In this document: positions 47,494 to 56,956 of the stretch, one piece after another
Position numbering within the stretch: the first letter of the stretch is position 1
Layout of the letters: every line of letters starts with the position of its first letter
Source of the DNA: an uncultured archaeon
GTDB lineage: Archaea; Aenigmatarchaeota; Aenigmatarchaeia; QMZP01
Length of the DNA: 64,000 bases
Assembly: GCA_964607835.1 (NCBI GenBank)
Contig: CAZSLL010000003.1
Span: 3,826-67,825, forward strand
Direction of reading: 5' to 3'
Made by a program: the position numbers and the translations under genes
Notes under the pieces: model-generated
Seen by the model: the letters and a program-made list of their open reading frames with translations, nothing else
Databases searched by the model: none
Told to the model about the DNA's origin: nothing

Positions 47494-47535
47494 GATTTAC
47501 TTATTTAAATAATTAGGTATATCATGATTTACTTT
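47483..47535. repeat. 19-bp direct repeat GTATATCATGATTTACTT (2 copies, 33 bp apart) at the ATPase gene start
   Basis: Copies at 47483..47501 and 47516..47534; first copy contains the ATG of the 45994..47493 gene. Confidence 0.4.
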
Positions 47536-47670
47536 TTTAGGTTATATGAGTAAATTATACTATACCTGGCATGTCCTTTTGCTGCAGAAACAATCTTGGT
47601 TATGAGAACATGAATATAATTGACTCTCCTGGATAGCTTTTCACAGGTGAGAAACAGGTACAGTGCTAGC

Positions 47671-49143
47671 CTATTTCTTTGTGCAGAAAACCATTGTGTC
47701 CAGCTTGGTCATCTCGTCTATGGAGTAGCCTATGCCCTCTCTGCCCATACCTGAGTCCTTGTTCCCTCCGAAGGGGAATATACCCACCCCGTGCGCTGGG
47801 TGGCCGTTTATGGTGACAGAGCCGTCCTCGAGCTCCCTGGCTATGCTTATGGCCTTGTCCACATCCTGGGTGAAAACGCTGGCGTCCAGCCCGTACTGGG
47901 ATTTGTTGGATAGCTCCACTGCCTCCCTGCTGCTCTTCACCCTCATGACCGTGACAACGGGGCCGAATGTCTCCTCCCAGGCAATCCTCATCTTTGGCGT
48001 TACCCTGTCCAGGACAGTTGGCGCATAGTAGAGCCCCTTGACCTTCCTTCCGCCGAGAAGGACCTTTGCTCCCTTCTCCCTGGCGTCTTCCACCAGGGCC
48101 TCCACCTTTTCCAGGGCGCCCTTGTTTATTAGCGGGCCTATGGTGGTCTTTGGGCTCGAGGTGGGCCCGGTCTTCCAGTTCTTTGCCCCCTTCACAATGA
48201 GTCTCAAGAATTTGTCAGCCGCCTTCTGCTCAACCAGTATCCTGGATATGGCGTCGCACCGCTGGCCAGAGAACTTGAGGGCCCCTGAGAGGCACTCCTT
48301 TGCAGCCAGCTCCACGTCAGCATCAGCCAAAACTATGGCCGCTCCCTTGCCCCCCAGCTCGAGGTGCATCCTCTTCATGCCTGCCTTCTCCGCAATCCTC
48401 TTTCCTGCAGAAGAGCTGCCTGTGAATGAAACCATGTTGACCTTTGGGTGGGACACCAGGAAATCCCCTATCTCTGAGCCAGAGCCCGTCAGCACGTTGA
48501 GCGCCCCCCTGGGTACTCCTGCCATCTCAGCCAGCCTTGCGAACATGAGCATGCATATGGGGTCGTCAGAGGCTGCCTTGTGCACGACAGTGTTGCCCGC
48601 TGCCAGGGCAGGGGCTATCTTGGCCACGCTAATGAAGAGCGGGTAGTTGAACGGTGAGATGGAGAGTATCACTCCCTTGGGCTTTCTGGAAACCAGGGCG
48701 AACCTGCTTCCCTTGCCCACGAGCTCGCCCGGGATGTACTCGTTCCTGAACCTTCCGATTTCCTCGCACGCCAGGTGCAGTCTCTCTGCGGCTGCCTTGA
48801 CCTCTCCCTCGCAGTACTTCACGGGCTTGCCTGCCTCCCTGGAAATCATGTCCACGAGGTCCTTGCGGTGCTCCTTTACCAGGCAGGACAGCCGCTCCAG
48901 CATTTCCACCCTCTTGTCAGCGCTCATGCCGGACATTAGGGGCCTGGCCTTCCAGGCAGCCTGCACCGCAGCCTCGGCATCCTTCTTGAGGCAGTATGGT
49001 ACTTTGCCCACGGACTTGCCGCTGGCCGGGTCATGCACCTCTATGGTGCCCTTACCAGTGGCCTCTACCCACTTCCCGCTGATGTAGTTCCTGTAAGAAG
49101 GGGGGCTTCCCGAGTTCCTTATGGGCTTCCAGGGACTCGCCAT
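47671..49143 (-). CDS. NAD(P)-dependent aldehyde dehydrogenase
   Basis: ALDH Glu motif LELGGKGAAIV and Cys motif FSGQRCDAISRILV; start at internal Met of listed ORF. Confidence 0.8.
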   Translation of the reverse strand: MASPWKPIRNSGSPPSYRNYISGKWVEATGKGTIEVHDPASGKSVGKVPYCLKKDAEAAVQAAWKARPLMSGMSADKRVEMLERLSCLVKEHRKDLVDMISREAGKPVKYCEGEVKAAAERLHLACEEIGRFRNEYIPGELVGKGSRFALVSRKPKGVILSISPFNYPLFISVAKIAPALAAGNTVVHKAASDDPICMLMFARLAEMAGVPRGALNVLTGSGSEIGDFLVSHPKVNMVSFTGSSSAGKRIAEKAGMKRMHLELGGKGAAIVLADADVELAAKECLSGALKFSGQRCDAISRILVEQKAADKFLRLIVKGAKNWKTGPTSSPKTTIGPLINKGALEKVEALVEDAREKGAKVLLGGRKVKGLYYAPTVLDRVTPKMRIAWEETFGPVVTVMRVKSSREAVELSNKSQYGLDASVFTQDVDKAISIARELEDGSVTINGHPAHGVGIFPFGGNKDSGMGREGIGYSIDEMTKLDTMVFCTKK

Positions 49144-49202
49144 GTTATCAATTATATACTTGCCAGAGCCGCAATATAAGTGTTGAGCCGGGCCGGGAGC
49201 CA

Positions 49203-49210
49203 TTTAAATA
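49203..49210 (+). promoter_or_regulatory. TATA box of SRP RNA gene
   Basis: TTTAAATA centred about 26 nt upstream of predicted SRP RNA 5' end. Confidence 0.45.
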
Positions 49211-49232
49211 CCCCTGATTCAAAAGTAAGGTT

Positions 49233-49579
49233 GCAGGGGACCTCCAGCCACGGGGTTAGGCCTACCGTACCTTCTGGTGACAAACGGTCTATATGCCCCC
49301 TCCCGGAAGGGAGCAGGCAGGACATATGGTCGGCTGTAGCCCATGGATGGTTCTGCGAAGGATGCGCGGGCCCTTCCTTCCAACTGCGAAGCCCTGTCCC
49401 CCAGGGTTGTTGGTGCGGTGAACCGAGTCAGGCGGGGAACCGAGCAGCTCTAAGCGCCCGCTCTGAAAGGAGCCGGCAGGAGTCGCTGCATTGATGATGC
49501 TTGGGGGGTCAACGGGGTGGAGGCGGAAGGCAGTTCAGTTTGCGCCCCTGAGCGGGGTCTACCATGGGCACGTCCCCTG
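49233..49579 (+). ncRNA. signal recognition particle (7S) RNA
   Basis: Helix-8 hallmark CUAUAUGCCCCCUCCC-GGAA-GGGAGCAGGCAGGACAUAUGG (compare E. coli 4.5S GGUCC-GGAA-GGAAGCAGCCAAGGCAGA); 5' GCAGGGGAC pairs with 3' GUCCCCUG; about 570-nt gap with no credible ORF. Confidence 0.6.
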
Positions 49580-49618
49580 TATATTTTCCTTAAGTCCTTT
49601 CAATGACATATGATAATC

Positions 49619-49774
49619 ATGAACAAGTATCCTGTTTATGATGAGGACTGCACCACGCTTCCCTGCTGCGCCAAGAAGCATGCTTACCAGGACCGGGAGG
49701 GGGATGCATATAAGGTGGCCCCTTCCTGCGACCCCTTCACAGAGTGCGCATGGAAAATAAAAGATGACGAGTGA
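49619..49774 (+). CDS. hypothetical small Cys-rich protein (51 aa)
   Basis: MNKYPVYDEDCTTLPCCAKKHAY...CDPFTECAWKIKDDE; below ORF-track length cutoff. Confidence 0.25.
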   Translation: MNKYPVYDEDCTTLPCCAKKHAYQDREGDAYKVAPSCDPFTECAWKIKDDE

Positions 49775-49777
49775 TAG

Positions 49778-50245
49778 CTACTTCCTGACCCTCACCATTT
49801 TCCCCTCGTTGGTCCTTTGTATCTCCTCTGGCGAGACCCTCACAAGTGAGTTCTCAGAGCCCCCTGATGTCCACACCAGCTCCTTGTCCATGACCATGGG
49901 GTCAATGAGGAAGGTGGCCTGGTATCCGAACGAAGGGAGCCCGCCGCATGGGTATCCGGTCTTTTCGAGGATTTCCTCAGGGCCGGCGGCACGCGGTCTC
50001 TCCCCAAGGCCGAGTGCTATGGCCACCCTCTTTGTGCTGGCCCTGTCCTCCCCCTTCACTATAGCCACGATTGCCCTGTCCTGGCTGTCCAGCATGCATA
50101 TGTTCTTGATGAAGTCCTGCGGGTCTGCCCCCGCCGCCCGTGCTGCCTCCTCAACTGAGTGGCAGGATTCCTGGAAACGGAAATATTTTGCCTGGATTCC
50201 CTTCTCCTTCATGAACGCCCTGAGCCTGTCCTCTGAACTGCTCAT
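49778..50245 (-). CDS. YbaK/ProX-type aminoacyl-tRNA deacylase domain protein
   Basis: KNICMLDSQDRAIVAIVKGEDRASTKRVAIALG ... GGLPSFGYQATFLIDP; start at internal Met. Confidence 0.6.
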   Translation of the reverse strand: MSSSEDRLRAFMKEKGIQAKYFRFQESCHSVEEAARAAGADPQDFIKNICMLDSQDRAIVAIVKGEDRASTKRVAIALGLGERPRAAGPEEILEKTGYPCGGLPSFGYQATFLIDPMVMDKELVWTSGGSENSLVRVSPEEIQRTNEGKMVRVRK

Positions 50246-50550
50246 GACAAGGAATTGGTGGGGAAGGAAATAAAAGATGGCTTTGCGAATCTCAAGCATG
50301 AGCGGACATCGGAAATACCAGATTCATCTTGGAGCAGGCTCTGAGGGCAGGGCAAAGCAGATAACAGACTACCTCCTTGAGGACCCGGGACCCTCGAGCA
50401 TACTCGGCATGGGGTATTCCCCCAGCACTGGAATAATGGAAATCAGAATGCTCGGGAAGCTTGGCGAATCCATGACAGGGAAGCGGCTCATGGAGAAATA
50501 CAGGTGCAGGTTGGTCATGGAAAGAAATGATGAGAAAAGTCGTTTCTGAA

Positions 50551-51051
50551 TCATGATTCTGTTGAGAATCTTCCATCATCCCTTATGCATTTCCCCTTGT
50601 CGAGCGCTCTTTCCAACCAGCCCCTCCTTATGCCCTCTATCGGGCTGAACTCAGGCACGAAGGGCTTGATGTCAAGGAGCGGGGTGTTGTCAAGGGCATC
50701 GATCCCCTCCACCTCCAGAACGCTTCCCTTTACTGATATCAGGCGCACAACGGATATGCCTATGGGATTCGGCCTTGACGGGGAGCGCGTAGCGAACACC
50801 CCCCTCTCCTCGCTGTCCATGAAGGGCCTCACAACCAGTGGGCGTCCCCGGGCCAGGTGGGTATGGTAGACAATCGTAATGTGCGAGAATCCCTCCAGGT
50901 CTTTCAGCCCATCCTTGTATTCAGGGAGGAGCTCGATTCTTCCCCTGGCATTTTCAGAAAAAACTGGCTGGATAGGGGTTCCCTTGGGACTCCTGAAGGG
51001 GCTCCTTATGACCCCTATGGGACTGAATCTGACGATTTCCATTCCATTCAC
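50551..51051 (-). CDS. TsaA/TrmO (YaeB, UPF0066) tRNA methyltransferase family protein
   Basis: PIGVIRSPF ... LEGFSHITIVYHTH ... GVFATRSPSRPNPIGISVV ... DNTPLLDIKPF. Confidence 0.65.
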   Translation of the reverse strand: MNGMEIVRFSPIGVIRSPFRSPKGTPIQPVFSENARGRIELLPEYKDGLKDLEGFSHITIVYHTHLARGRPLVVRPFMDSEERGVFATRSPSRPNPIGISVVRLISVKGSVLEVEGIDALDNTPLLDIKPFVPEFSPIEGIRRGWLERALDKGKCIRDDGRFSTES

Positions 51052-52236
51052 CTAGACCAGCTTCCTGGCCACGCTTATCAGGGCAGGCCTCTTCATGAGG
51101 AGCTTTGCGAGCATGGAGAACCCCTTTGCCTTTGAGAAGTCCACCAGGCTCTCGCCATCGAGGTTCTCTGCCAGCCAGTTCAGGTCATCATCATTCAGGC
51201 ACTCCACCGCCATCCTGAGCTTAAGCACCTTGTTCAGCATGTTGCCCCTCTCCTTCCACCACCTTTCGTTGTATATGGATAGGAATGCCTCTGAGAAGTC
51301 CCCGGCTTCCCTGGCCTCTGCCGCAAGCTCGCCTGCCAGCCTTCCACCCACCCAGGCTTCTGCCATCCCGCCTCCGTGGATGGGGTTGACCTGATGGGCC
51401 GCGTCACCCACTATAATCATGTTGTCTCTGACCATGTTCTCCATGAGACCTCCCACAGGAACCCCTCCTGAGTTGGCCTCCAGAACAGAGCCCTTCCTCA
51501 GGCCAGGCCTGCTCTCTATGAAATCCCTGAGGTACTCCAGCGCTGGCTTCTTTGCAAATGGCCTCCTCACCCCTATGCCCACGTTTGCCACGCCCTTTCC
51601 CTTGGGGAATATCCAGACATAGCCTCCCGGGGCCACCTCGTTGCCGAAGTAAAGCTCTATCCTGTCAGGGTCTATATCAATTCCGGCCATCTCGAACTGC
51701 GCCCCGCTGGCTATGTCAGAGAGCTTGAGCGTTGTATCCACGCCCGCCATCCTGGCCACCGTGGACTCCACCCCGTCAGCCGCTATTATGAGGGGGGCCT
51801 TTACCTTCCATTTCCTGCCCGAGGTCTCGAGCTCCGCGCCTGAGATTATTCCGTCCTCCTCCAGGAGACCTGTTACCTCGGTCCTGGCCATGACCCTGGC
51901 CCCCGCCCGCACGGCGAGCTCGGCCAGGTACTTGTCGAATATCTTCCTCTCTATGACCCAGCCCTCAGGGCCCTCCCTGTAGTCCACCCTCACGAGCTTT
52001 CCACTGGGGGCGTAGCATGTGGCCCCCTTTATGGTCTGCCTCACCCATTCCGGCCGGGGCTCAATGCCCATCCTCCCTGCAGAGCTCTTTGATAGGCCCT
52101 CGCCGCACCTCTTGGGCGAGCCTATCTCCTGCCTTTTCTCAACCATGAGCACTCTCAGGCCCTTCTCTGCAGCGGCCTTTGCCGCCCCTGAGCCCCCCGG
52201 GCCCGCGCCAACAACAATCACGTCATATGTCTCCAT
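51052..52236 (-). CDS. geranylgeranyl reductase family FAD-dependent oxidoreductase
   Basis: YDVIVVGAGPGGSGAAKAAAEKGLRVLMVEKRQEIGSPKRCGEGLS. Confidence 0.8.
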   Translation of the reverse strand: METYDVIVVGAGPGGSGAAKAAAEKGLRVLMVEKRQEIGSPKRCGEGLSKSSAGRMGIEPRPEWVRQTIKGATCYAPSGKLVRVDYREGPEGWVIERKIFDKYLAELAVRAGARVMARTEVTGLLEEDGIISGAELETSGRKWKVKAPLIIAADGVESTVARMAGVDTTLKLSDIASGAQFEMAGIDIDPDRIELYFGNEVAPGGYVWIFPKGKGVANVGIGVRRPFAKKPALEYLRDFIESRPGLRKGSVLEANSGGVPVGGLMENMVRDNMIIVGDAAHQVNPIHGGGMAEAWVGGRLAGELAAEAREAGDFSEAFLSIYNERWWKERGNMLNKVLKLRMAVECLNDDDLNWLAENLDGESLVDFSKAKGFSMLAKLLMKRPALISVARKLV

Positions 52237-52237
52237 T

Positions 52238-52417
52238 CTAACCCTTCCCCAGGCTGAGCGCGTTCACAGGGCAGAAGCTCACGCATATGCCGCAGCCCAC
52301 GCATTTCTCCCTGTCGCACTCTATCCCGTGCTCTGTGAGCCTGAGCGCGGAATGCGGGCACACAGCCACGCAGCCGGAGCATCTCAGGCAAAGCCGCTGG
52401 TCAGCCTTCACAGTCAT
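52238..52417 (-). CDS. 4Fe-4S ferredoxin (59 aa)
   Basis: Hand translation MTVKADQRLCLRCSGCVAVCPHSALRLTEHGIECDREKCVGCGICVSFCPVNALSLGKG; two CxxCxxCxxxCP motifs; stop 1 nt after GGR start. Confidence 0.6.
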   Translation of the reverse strand: MTVKADQRLCLRCSGCVAVCPHSALRLTEHGIECDREKCVGCGICVSFCPVNALSLGKG

Positions 52418-52575
52418 ATGAAAAAACCCCCGATAATAGGTTTTTTTGCCTTCAATCCTTTAAATGCATATCCAGAACAGGGGCTGGAAGGCGAAAACAA
52501 AAGAAAAAGAGGGTGAACGGCATCATTGTCTGCCCGTTTCCAGCCGTTGCTGCTATCCATCTATCCGGGACTGAT

Positions 52576-52932
52576 TCATGCTACAGGGTTTCGTCCCATG
52601 GTGTAAATAGCCTTCAGAGCCACAACAAGAGCTGCAGGGGCAACGAATGCCGCCAGGTAAAGCACCATGCTTGCTAGGTAGGAACCAATCAACGGTATGG
52701 TCGAGAGGTTCGCAGCTCCCACAGCAATCAATGCGATTGCTGCGATAAGGAAGTCAGTGACTTCCTTGGCGCTGATGTTAAGGAAACCAACTACCAGGCC
52801 CAGTACCACGAGCACGATGCCCACGTATCCCTGCATTGTTGCATCGAGCGCGCCTGCTCCGAGGCCTGATATTATGGCTATCAGTACACCTAAGATGAAT
52901 GCCCAACTTCCTAAGGAGTTGTTCATTTCCAT
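52576..52932 (-). CDS. hypothetical small membrane protein
   Basis: 118 aa, 3-4 TM helices. Confidence 0.4.
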   Translation of the reverse strand: MEMNNSLGSWAFILGVLIAIISGLGAGALDATMQGYVGIVLVVLGLVVGFLNISAKEVTDFLIAAIALIAVGAANLSTIPLIGSYLASMVLYLAAFVAPAALVVALKAIYTMGRNPVA

Positions 52933-53008
52933 CTAGCCACCGATATATAATTGGGCATGCCTGTTTATAAGTATTGTTCGACATATGGCGTATTTTCGGG
53001 GCAAAAGC

Positions 53009-53812
53009 CTACAAATATACCTCAATCGCCGCACCCAGCAGAATCAGGCACACTGCAAGCACTAACACCTTGAGGGCGTCAAATGCTATGATTTTCAGGA
53101 CCTTCCTGTTCTGCTTCCTGAGCATGGCCGCTGAGAGGATTCCTCCCGCCAGGCCCGCTGCCACGTACCCGCCAATCTCGGGTATGCCGTGGGGAAGGAA
53201 GAACAGCCCCCACCAGGGAACCTCCAGAACGTGCCTTGAGAGCATCCTTATGTAAACCCCTAGTATGGAGGCATTCCAGGCTATTATGAACACAGCCCCT
53301 GCCCCGAAGAATAGGGAGAACAGGAAGGAGAACACCATGACCTGGAGGTTGTTGATTAGTATCATCATGAAGCTCAGGTAGCTCCCCTGTGTCAGCGCTC
53401 CTGACACTCCGTGGATGGAGTTGATTTTCGCGGTCTGGACCTGGAAGAAGTCCGAGGGCATGGCGAATGCCCACACAGCGAAGGCCACGCTCAGGCCTGC
53501 GAAAAAGAACAGCGACATCATTATGTAGTTGCCGTGCTTGTCCCAGAACGTGCCCCTGTGGTACTTGAGTATGGCCAGCTCCTCGAGCTCCTCATCCCTC
53601 TTTATGAACATGGTCATGTAGTAGGCAGATGGGATTATGATGAAGAGAACAGAGAATATGCCCGAGAGGTTGAACCACACCCCTCCAAGGGCTACCCTGT
53701 ACGCTATCTGGGCGCTTATGAGTATGGCCACGCTGGCCAGCACCACAGCCCACACGAACATGAGCCAGGGCTTCTTCTCGACCTCCTCGTAGGAGAGAAT
53801 AGACTCGAACAC
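53009..53812 (-). CDS. SpoIIM-like (DUF95) membrane protein
   Basis: INNLQVMVFSFLFSLFFGAG ... NASILGV ... LPHGIPEIGGYVAAGLAG matches DUF95/SpoIIM core. Confidence 0.5.
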   Translation of the reverse strand: MFESILSYEEVEKKPWLMFVWAVVLASVAILISAQIAYRVALGGVWFNLSGIFSVLFIIIPSAYYMTMFIKRDEELEELAILKYHRGTFWDKHGNYIMMSLFFFAGLSVAFAVWAFAMPSDFFQVQTAKINSIHGVSGALTQGSYLSFMMILINNLQVMVFSFLFSLFFGAGAVFIIAWNASILGVYIRMLSRHVLEVPWWGLFFLPHGIPEIGGYVAAGLAGGILSAAMLRKQNRKVLKIIAFDALKVLVLAVCLILLGAAIEVYL

Positions 53813-53998
53813 TCATCTACCACCCTTCAAACGCAACGCCTATGTTATATAGTATGCCCCAGCACGGATAAATAGGTTTCCGGCCTCTCCAGGCCTTCCC
53901 AAGGTTGGTTTATTTAAGCGTGTTTTCACATAAACTATTAGAAAGGCACTGCACGGCTTCTGTGCGGACTGCACATCAAACAGGCAAGGCGGAGCGAA

Positions 53999-56578
53999 AT
54001 GGCGCGGCTCGAGAAGATAGTGGTACAGGGGTTCAAGTCCTTCAAGAGGAAGTCATCGATTCCCTTTCCCACCGGTTTCTCTGTGATAACAGGCCCCAAC
54101 GGCGCCGGAAAGTCCAACGTGGGAGACGCCATCGCCTTTGTCCTGGGCAAGTCCTCCAGCAAGTCCCTGAGGGCCAAGAAGGCCAAGGACCTGGTTTTCC
54201 ACGGAAGCCAGAAGAAGGGCGGGGCAGACCACGCCAAGGTTGCCCTTTACTTTGACAACTCAGAGAAGACCCTTCCTGTTGACGAGACCATGGTGTCCAT
54301 AAGCAGGAGAATCAACAAGAAGGGGGTCTCCACCTACCGGATGAACGGAAGGGTGGTAACCAGGCAGCAGATAGTTGACATGTTCTCGCTGGCCGGGGTG
54401 TCAGCTGACGGCCACAACATAATCCAGCAGGGAGACGTCACCAAGATAGTGGAGATGGACCCTGAGCAGAGGAGGCAGATAATAGACGAGATATCGGGAA
54501 TCTCGGAGTTCGATGAGAAGAAGCACAAAGCCGAGAAGGAGCTCGCCAGGATAGAGGAGCGGGTGAGGGAAGCCGAGATACTCATAAACGAGAAGGCCTC
54601 CATCATGGAGAAGGTCAAGGCAGAGAGGGATGCTGCCATGAGGTACAGGGAGCTTGAGTCCGAGCTCAACCGGGTGCGCTCCGCAATAATATGGAAGGAC
54701 TACTCCGGCGCCATGAAGAGCATGGAGACCATTGACCAGGAGCTCGGGGAGAAGGAGGCTGAGCTCGGGAAGCTCGAGGCAAAGATTAAGGAGTATGATG
54801 ATGTGCTGGCCGAGAAGGAGGGCAAGCTCGAGGAGCTCACCAAGAGCGTGCTCAAGGCCTCCAGCCAGATAGACGTTACCAGGAAGATAGAGAAGCTCAG
54901 GGGAGAGATTGAGAGGAAGCGCGACAGGGTTGACTCCAACCTCAGGGAGATAGAGCGCCTGGAAAGCATAATGGAGAAGATATCCAGCATCTCCTCAGGC
55001 AGCAACCCGGCCCTGGACGCTGTCAAGAGCATGCCTGGGGTTCAGGGCTCGCTCTCAGAGCTCATAATGGTACCCCCGCAATACAAGACCGCTGTGGAGG
55101 TGTCAGCCGGGGCTCACCTCAGGGACATTGTGGTTGACTCCACCAACAACGCCGTGAAGGCGGTCAAGTACCTCAAGACAAACAAGCTGGGCCGAGCCCG
55201 TTTCCTGCCCATGGACAAGATACGCGGATTCCCCACAAAGCCCCTTCCCACGGGCGCAGTGGGATGGCTCTCAGAGCTCATCCAGCATGACCCCATGTAT
55301 GACAGCATAATCAGTTACGTGTTCTCCACCACCGCGGCCGTGAATGACATAGACCGGGCCAAAGCCATAGCAAAGAACAACAGGATAAGGATGGTAACCC
55401 TGGACGGAGACCTCATGGAGGCCTCCGGCGCCATCACCGGGGGGTATTTCAGGAAGAAGAGCAAGGCAGACCCTGAGGTGGGCAGGTACCAGGAGGAGAA
55501 GAAGCGGATGAAGGCCGAGAATGACAGCCTCCAGGCCGAGCTCAAGAGCATGAACATGGACCTGGAGATTCTGGCTGAGAAGGAGAAGAGGACCAAGACC
55601 ACTGACCTGGAGAGGGAGAGGGTAAAGCTCGACGAGGCCCTCAAGGAGACCAGGGAGAAGAGGAAGGAGGCGTACGAGAAGAGGCTCATACTCCAGCAGG
55701 AAGTGGGAAAGGCCAACATAAACAAGGCCAGGCTCGAGGCCAGGTTCGAGAACCTCAAGGTCCAGTGGGAAGAGAAGGCCAGGAACGAGGACCCTGAAAA
55801 AGAGCCCGGCGACCAGGAATCCGGAAAGGCAAGGGAGAGCAGGACCGAGGAATCCGGGAAGAAGGAAAAGCCCGGAAGGGAAAGGGTCCCCAAGGAGCTT
55901 GAGGAGCACGTAAAGCTCGGCATGCCCAGGCTCAAGGACATAGAGAAGCAGACCATAATCGAGATGCAGAACCTGGGGCCAATAAACCTCAAATCAGTTG
56001 ATGATTTCGAGTCCATGAGGACAGAGTTCGAGGACTTCAGGGAGAAGGTTGACAAGATAATAGAGGAGAAGGAGAAGATAATCCAGACAGTCTCCAAGAT
56101 AGAGGAGAAGAGACTCGAGGCGTTCAACAAGTGCCTGGGTGACGTGGCCAGGCACTTCAAGAAGGTGTACAGCGAGCTCGTTGGCGGGGAGGCCGAGCTC
56201 GTGCTCGACGACCCCAGCGATCTGGAGTCAGGCCTCATGATAAAGGCCCAGCCCCCTGGAAAGAAGCTCCTGAACATAGACAGCATGTCAGGAGGGGAGA
56301 AAACCCTCACGGCTTTCACGTTCCTGTTCGCCATACAGAGGCACAGGCCAAGCCCCTTCTACATCCTGGATGAAGCCGACGCCGCCCTTGACAAGAGCAA
56401 CACCAAGAAGGTCTCTGAGCTCATAAAGAAGCAGGCCCAGATGGCCCAGTTCATTGTCATCTCCCACAACGACGCCCTTGTGAGCGAGGCAGACCAGGTG
56501 TACGGGGTGTCCATGGAGGACGGCGAGTCCAAGATAATGGGCATTGAACTCCCCAAGAACAAACAGAAGAACAACTGA
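53999..56578 (+). CDS. smc: chromosome segregation protein SMC (shortened, 859 aa)
   Basis: N-terminal Walker A ITGPNGAGKSNVGDAIAFVLG, hinge around SELIMVPPQYKTAVEV, C-terminal signature MSGGEKTLTAFTFLFAI ... ILDEADAALD. Confidence 0.8.
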   Translation: MARLEKIVVQGFKSFKRKSSIPFPTGFSVITGPNGAGKSNVGDAIAFVLGKSSSKSLRAKKAKDLVFHGSQKKGGADHAKVALYFDNSEKTLPVDETMVSISRRINKKGVSTYRMNGRVVTRQQIVDMFSLAGVSADGHNIIQQGDVTKIVEMDPEQRRQIIDEISGISEFDEKKHKAEKELARIEERVREAEILINEKASIMEKVKAERDAAMRYRELESELNRVRSAIIWKDYSGAMKSMETIDQELGEKEAELGKLEAKIKEYDDVLAEKEGKLEELTKSVLKASSQIDVTRKIEKLRGEIERKRDRVDSNLREIERLESIMEKISSISSGSNPALDAVKSMPGVQGSLSELIMVPPQYKTAVEVSAGAHLRDIVVDSTNNAVKAVKYLKTNKLGRARFLPMDKIRGFPTKPLPTGAVGWLSELIQHDPMYDSIISYVFSTTAAVNDIDRAKAIAKNNRIRMVTLDGDLMEASGAITGGYFRKKSKADPEVGRYQEEKKRMKAENDSLQAELKSMNMDLEILAEKEKRTKTTDLERERVKLDEALKETREKRKEAYEKRLILQQEVGKANINKARLEARFENLKVQWEEKARNEDPEKEPGDQESGKARESRTEESGKKEKPGRERVPKELEEHVKLGMPRLKDIEKQTIIEMQNLGPINLKSVDDFESMRTEFEDFREKVDKIIEEKEKIIQTVSKIEEKRLEAFNKCLGDVARHFKKVYSELVGGEAELVLDDPSDLESGLMIKAQPPGKKLLNIDSMSGGEKTLTAFTFLFAIQRHRPSPFYILDEADAALDKSNTKKVSELIKKQAQMAQFIVISHNDALVSEADQVYGVSMEDGESKIMGIELPKNKQKNN

Positions 56579-56607
56579 TTTTATTCCTTTTCCTGCAAGA
56601 TTCTCTC

Positions 56608-56955
56608 ATGGCCAGCAGATTCATCTACACCAGGAAATGCATGGGCCCCCTCATGAGGGACCTTGCCGGAATAGGCGAGCTTGGCGGAATCCAGAGTGGC
56701 ATACAGGCCGAGCTCAGGAACCACATCTATGTCATGGTAAAGGAGGTGACTGATAGCGACCCGCATGCAAGGGGCGCCAGCTCAATGGTTCATTTCCAGG
56801 ACTTCCATGCCAACCGTGACAGCCATGATACGGACATGTTCTGCCTTGATGGCTGGAGGCTCTACAGGGATATTATTGGTGCAGCAAGCCCTTCAGCAGT
56901 ATGGAACAGCACACACCAGAGCTATGTCAGGGACCCTCTCAGTGGAACGGGCTGA
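56608..56955 (+). CDS. hypothetical protein
   Basis: 115-aa ORF, no motif. Confidence 0.3.
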   Translation: MASRFIYTRKCMGPLMRDLAGIGELGGIQSGIQAELRNHIYVMVKEVTDSDPHARGASSMVHFQDFHANRDSHDTDMFCLDGWRLYRDIIGAASPSAVWNSTHQSYVRDPLSGTG

Positions 56956-56956
56956 G

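Noticed and set aside
49180-49494. 104-aa ORF listed in the six-frame track
   Set aside because: Lies over the predicted SRP RNA (helix-8 motif inside it) and has a TATA box positioned for the RNA, so it is a non-coding artefact
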